64,000 bases of DNA. Origin: Octopus sinensis (lineage: Eukaryota). The DNA lies in NCBI RefSeq assembly GCF_006345805.1, contig NC_043025.1, positions 6,076,001 to 6,140,000 on the forward strand. Direction: 5' to 3'. Shown piece after piece: positions 60,290-64,000 of the stretch; the first letter of the stretch is position 1; every line of letters begins with the position of its first letter. The position numbers were made by a program, and so were the translations under genes. The notes beneath the pieces are model-generated. The model ran no database searches and was not told where the DNA came from. It saw nothing but the letters and a program-made list of their open reading frames with translations.

Positions 60290-60960
60290 TGATGGTGATC
60301 ATACAGGTAAGACTTGGTCCGCAGTGGTGGTGGTAGTGGTAGTGGTCGGCTGGAGATGGCAGTGGAGAAGACAAGAAGGTAAAGACACTGGGTCAGGTAA
60401 TCATCATCATCATCGTCATCACCAGCACCGGGGGGGGGTGTAGGTGATGATATAACGCAGGTGAGATTTGGTCATCAGTTATTGTCTTTGGTGGTGGTGG
60501 TGGTGGTGGTGATCATACAGGTAAGACTTGGTAGCAGTGGTGGTGGTGGTGGTGGTGGTGGTGGTCGTAGGCTGGAGATGGCAGAGTCGGTGGTGGAGAA
60601 GACAAGAAGGTAAAGACACTGGGTCAGGTAATCATCATCATCATCATCATCGTCGTCATAGTCATCACCAGCACCGGGGGGGGGGGGGGTGATATAACGC
60701 AGGTGAGATTTGGTCATCAGTTATTGTTGTCTTTTGTGGTGGTGGTGATCATACAGGTAAGACTTGATCATACAGGTAAGACACTGGGTCAGGTAATCAT
60801 CATCATCATCATCATCATCGTCACCAGAACCGGGGTGGGAGGGAATGTAGGTGATGATATAACGCAGGTAAGATTTGGTCATCAGTTATTGTTGTCTTTT
60901 GGTGGTGGTGGTGGTGGTGGTGCCGAAGTACATTAGATGATAATACAGGTGAGACTTATT
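60290..60960. repeat. Degenerate ~200-bp repeat (about 3 copies) interspersed with (GGT)n/(ATC)n
   Basis: GATCATACAGGTAAGACTTG...GACACTGGGTCAGGTAATCATC...GATATAACGCAGGTGAGATTTGGTCATCAG recurs. Confidence 0.8.
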
Positions 60961-61552
60961 CATGGTGGTGGTGATGGTGGTGTTGGTGAAAGGGAGGGTG
61001 GTGATCACTGAACTGCCAATAGCCGGAGGAAGAGGGGAGATGGTGACAAGAGGTGATAATACTGTTATTAGCAGTGGTGGATATAATGAAGGGACAGGTG
61101 GGGAAGGAGGGGGGGCGATAATGATGATGGTGGTGTTGTTGTTGTTGTTGTTGGTAGTGGTGGTTAACTGGAAGTGTTTCATTATTTGGAAGTTGCTGCG
61201 GATGCTATTTACGGGGTTAAGGGGTCAGAGGTTTGAAATGATATTCTCCACCCCCACCCCGTTCGAATGCCATTCTACCCTCAGAAACTAGTCATTACTA
61301 AAGATGCAAAGACAGCTCAGTGAGGAACAAAGCAACAAGACATGAGAGAGAGAGAGAGAGAGTGTATGTGTGTGTGTGAGAATGAGTGAGGTTATTTAGG
61401 GTTATCTTCACACACATACACTAGAACAATAAGCAGATGGCAATTTAAAAAAAAGATATATATGTATGTATATATATATATATATATATATACATATATA
61501 TTTCGTTTCCTTTCTGTTGTCCCAGTAAGTTTTATATATATATGTATATATA

Positions 61553-62282
61553 TACTCTTTACTCTTTTACTCTTTTACTTGTTTCAGTCATCTGACTGCG
61601 GCCATGCTGGAGCACCGCCTTTAGTCGAGCAACTTGACCCCGGGATTTATTCTTTGTAAGCCCAGTACTTATTCTATCGGTCTGTTTTGCCGAACCGCTA
61701 AGTGACGGGGACGTAAACACACCAGCTTCGGTTGTCAAGCAATGCTAGGGGGACAAACACAGACACACACAAACACACATATATATATATACATATATAC
61801 GACAGGCTTCTTTCAGTTTCCGTCTACCAAATCCACTCACAAGGCATTGGTCGGCGCGAGGCTATAGCAGAAGACACTTGCCCAAGATGCCACACAGTGG
61901 GGCTGAACCCGGAACCATGCGGTTGGTTAGCTAGCTACTTACCATACAGCCACTCCTGCGCCTATCATAAATATTTGTCTAACAACCCATGCTATTATGA
62001 AAAACAGACATAAAATGAACAACTATACACACACACATGTATGAGTGAGTGGGCAAATGAAAGAAAGTAGCATTCAATACCTGTGTAGGTAGGGAGACTC
62101 CAAAAGGACTCTCAGGGAGTAGCGTCCCTGCCTTCCTGAGCTAGTTTTCCACCACATTCCTTAATAATCGTGGTAGAGGCCTTTGTCTTGGGACCACTCG
62201 TGTCTAGAAACTGAGGTTGGGGATAATCAAGGGCATCCTTCCCGTAGAAAACCCAGCTCTGAAAAGCCTCATGATAGCAAAG
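61553..62282 (-). repeat. Right arm of the inverted segmental duplication
   Basis: See 57290-57995. Confidence 0.88.
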
Positions 62283-62639
62283 TGGGACTGAACCCGGAAC
62301 CATGTGGTTGGTTAGCAAGCTACTTACCACACAGCCACTCATGTCCTTCAATGGATTGTGCAAAAAACATCCAATTCACTGGTACAAGTCAGTTGAATAG
62401 CACATAAATATAGGTATAATTCAAATTACAAACAATAACTTAAACAGAAGGATACATTTGACAATCCAATAATTTATTTATATTATAATAGAATATAACA
62501 TGATTATTAAAAACCCCTTTTTTTTTGTTTTTTTTTTTAATAATTGTCTATGTTATCTTATAGTCTATTCATATTATGTTATGTTATACAAATAAATTAT
62601 TGGATTATCATGTGTACCTCTCTATCTAATTTATTGTTT

Positions 62640-62657
62640 GTAATACATATATACATA

Positions 62658-62703
<46 letters not shown>

Positions 62704-63290
62704 CATACATATATATACATACTATATATATATAATTAGATATATACATACATATATATATATACATACATACATATATATTACATACATACATACATAC
62801 ATATATACATACATACATACATACATACATTTACATATACATATATACATCTATACATACATACATACACATATTACAATATATATAATACATACATATA
62901 TACAGACATTACATAATATACATACTACATATACATAATACCATATATATATACATACATATACATATACATACAATATAATGCATAATATACATATATA
63001 TATACATACATATATACTATACATAAATATATACATACATACATATATACATAATATATAGATACATACAATATATATACATACATTATACATACATATA
63101 TAATACATATATATACATATATATATATATACATATATAGACATATATATATATACACATATATATACACATATACATATATACATACATATATACATAC
63201 ATATATACATATATACATACATATACATACATAATACATATATATATATACACACACACACATACACATGCATACATACATACATACCCA
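62640..63290. repeat. (TACA)n/(TA)n microsatellite block
   Basis: Direct inspection. Confidence 0.92.
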
Positions 63291-63435
63291 CCCACTGCTA
63301 CTCTTCACTCTGCTACCTAAGCTTGAATTAGACCAGCAGAGGTACAAAGGGATTGTGTGGAGGGAAGATGAACATGGACAGGTTAATAAGTTTGTCCTGT
63401 CGTACAGTCCCTCATATATATATATATGATATAAC

Positions 63436-63468
<33 letters not shown>

Positions 63469-63624
63469 ACACATATATATATATATATTATATATATATA
63501 GAAAATCATAAAAAAAAAAAATAATAACAAACAAAATAAAAACAACATTGCAAGGACATGTTACATGTAACGTATTAGCAGACAAATTTTTTTTTTTAAT
63601 CGCTAATTCACATGTGGTTACATT

Positions 63625-63975
63625 ATACATCATCATCATCATCATCATCGTTTAACGTCCGTTCTCCATGCTAGCATGGGTTGGACGGTTCAACTGGGGT
63701 CTGTGAAGCTGGAAGGCTTCGTCAGGCCCAGTCAGATCTGGCAGTGTTTCTACGGCTGGATGCCCTTCCTAACCCCAACCACTCCGTGAGTGTAGTAGGT
63801 GCTTTTTACGTGCCACCCGCACAGGTGCCAGACGGAGCTGGCAAACGGCCACGAATGGATGGTGCTTTTACGTGTCACCGGCACGGGGGCCAGGCGAGGC
63901 TGGCAACGGACACGAACGGATGGTGCTTTTACGTGCCACCAACACAGGGGCCAGACAGAGCTGGCAAACAGCCAC
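63625..63975 (-). mobile_element. SINE family C
   Basis: (ATC)n tail and family C body. Confidence 0.82.
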
Positions 63976-64000
63976 ATATATATATATATATATAATATAT

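Overview
Eukaryotic, AT-rich and repeat-saturated genomic DNA. The SINE families and dense (TA)n/(CA)n/(TAA)n tracts look like an Octopus genome (inference). The one host gene is a minus-strand TBC1D10A/B-like (EPI64/whacked family) Rab-GAP. I reconstructed eight GT-AG, phase-consistent coding exons from 40476 down to a stop at 12370 (about 322 aa, arginine and glutamine fingers intact). The first coding exon was not found in the window. The rest is mostly transposon debris: several tRNA-type SINE families, RTE, CR1-like, HERO-like and R4/NeSL-like LINE ends, non-autonomous Helitrons, piggyBac-type MITEs, Penelope-like remnants and microsatellites. The standout observations are: (i) a TIR-bounded, internally deleted mariner whose left end is amplified into a 17 x ~252-bp array; (ii) two minimal hammerhead-ribozyme-like motifs in Penelope-like remnants; (iii) a zig-zag palindromic array just past the stop codon, probably in the 3' UTR; (iv) repeated independent tandem amplification of TE sub-fragments; (v) a ~700-bp inverted segmental duplication. 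Nearly all ORFs in the supplied track are microsatellite or SINE artefacts. Repeat boundaries are read by eye and are approximate.
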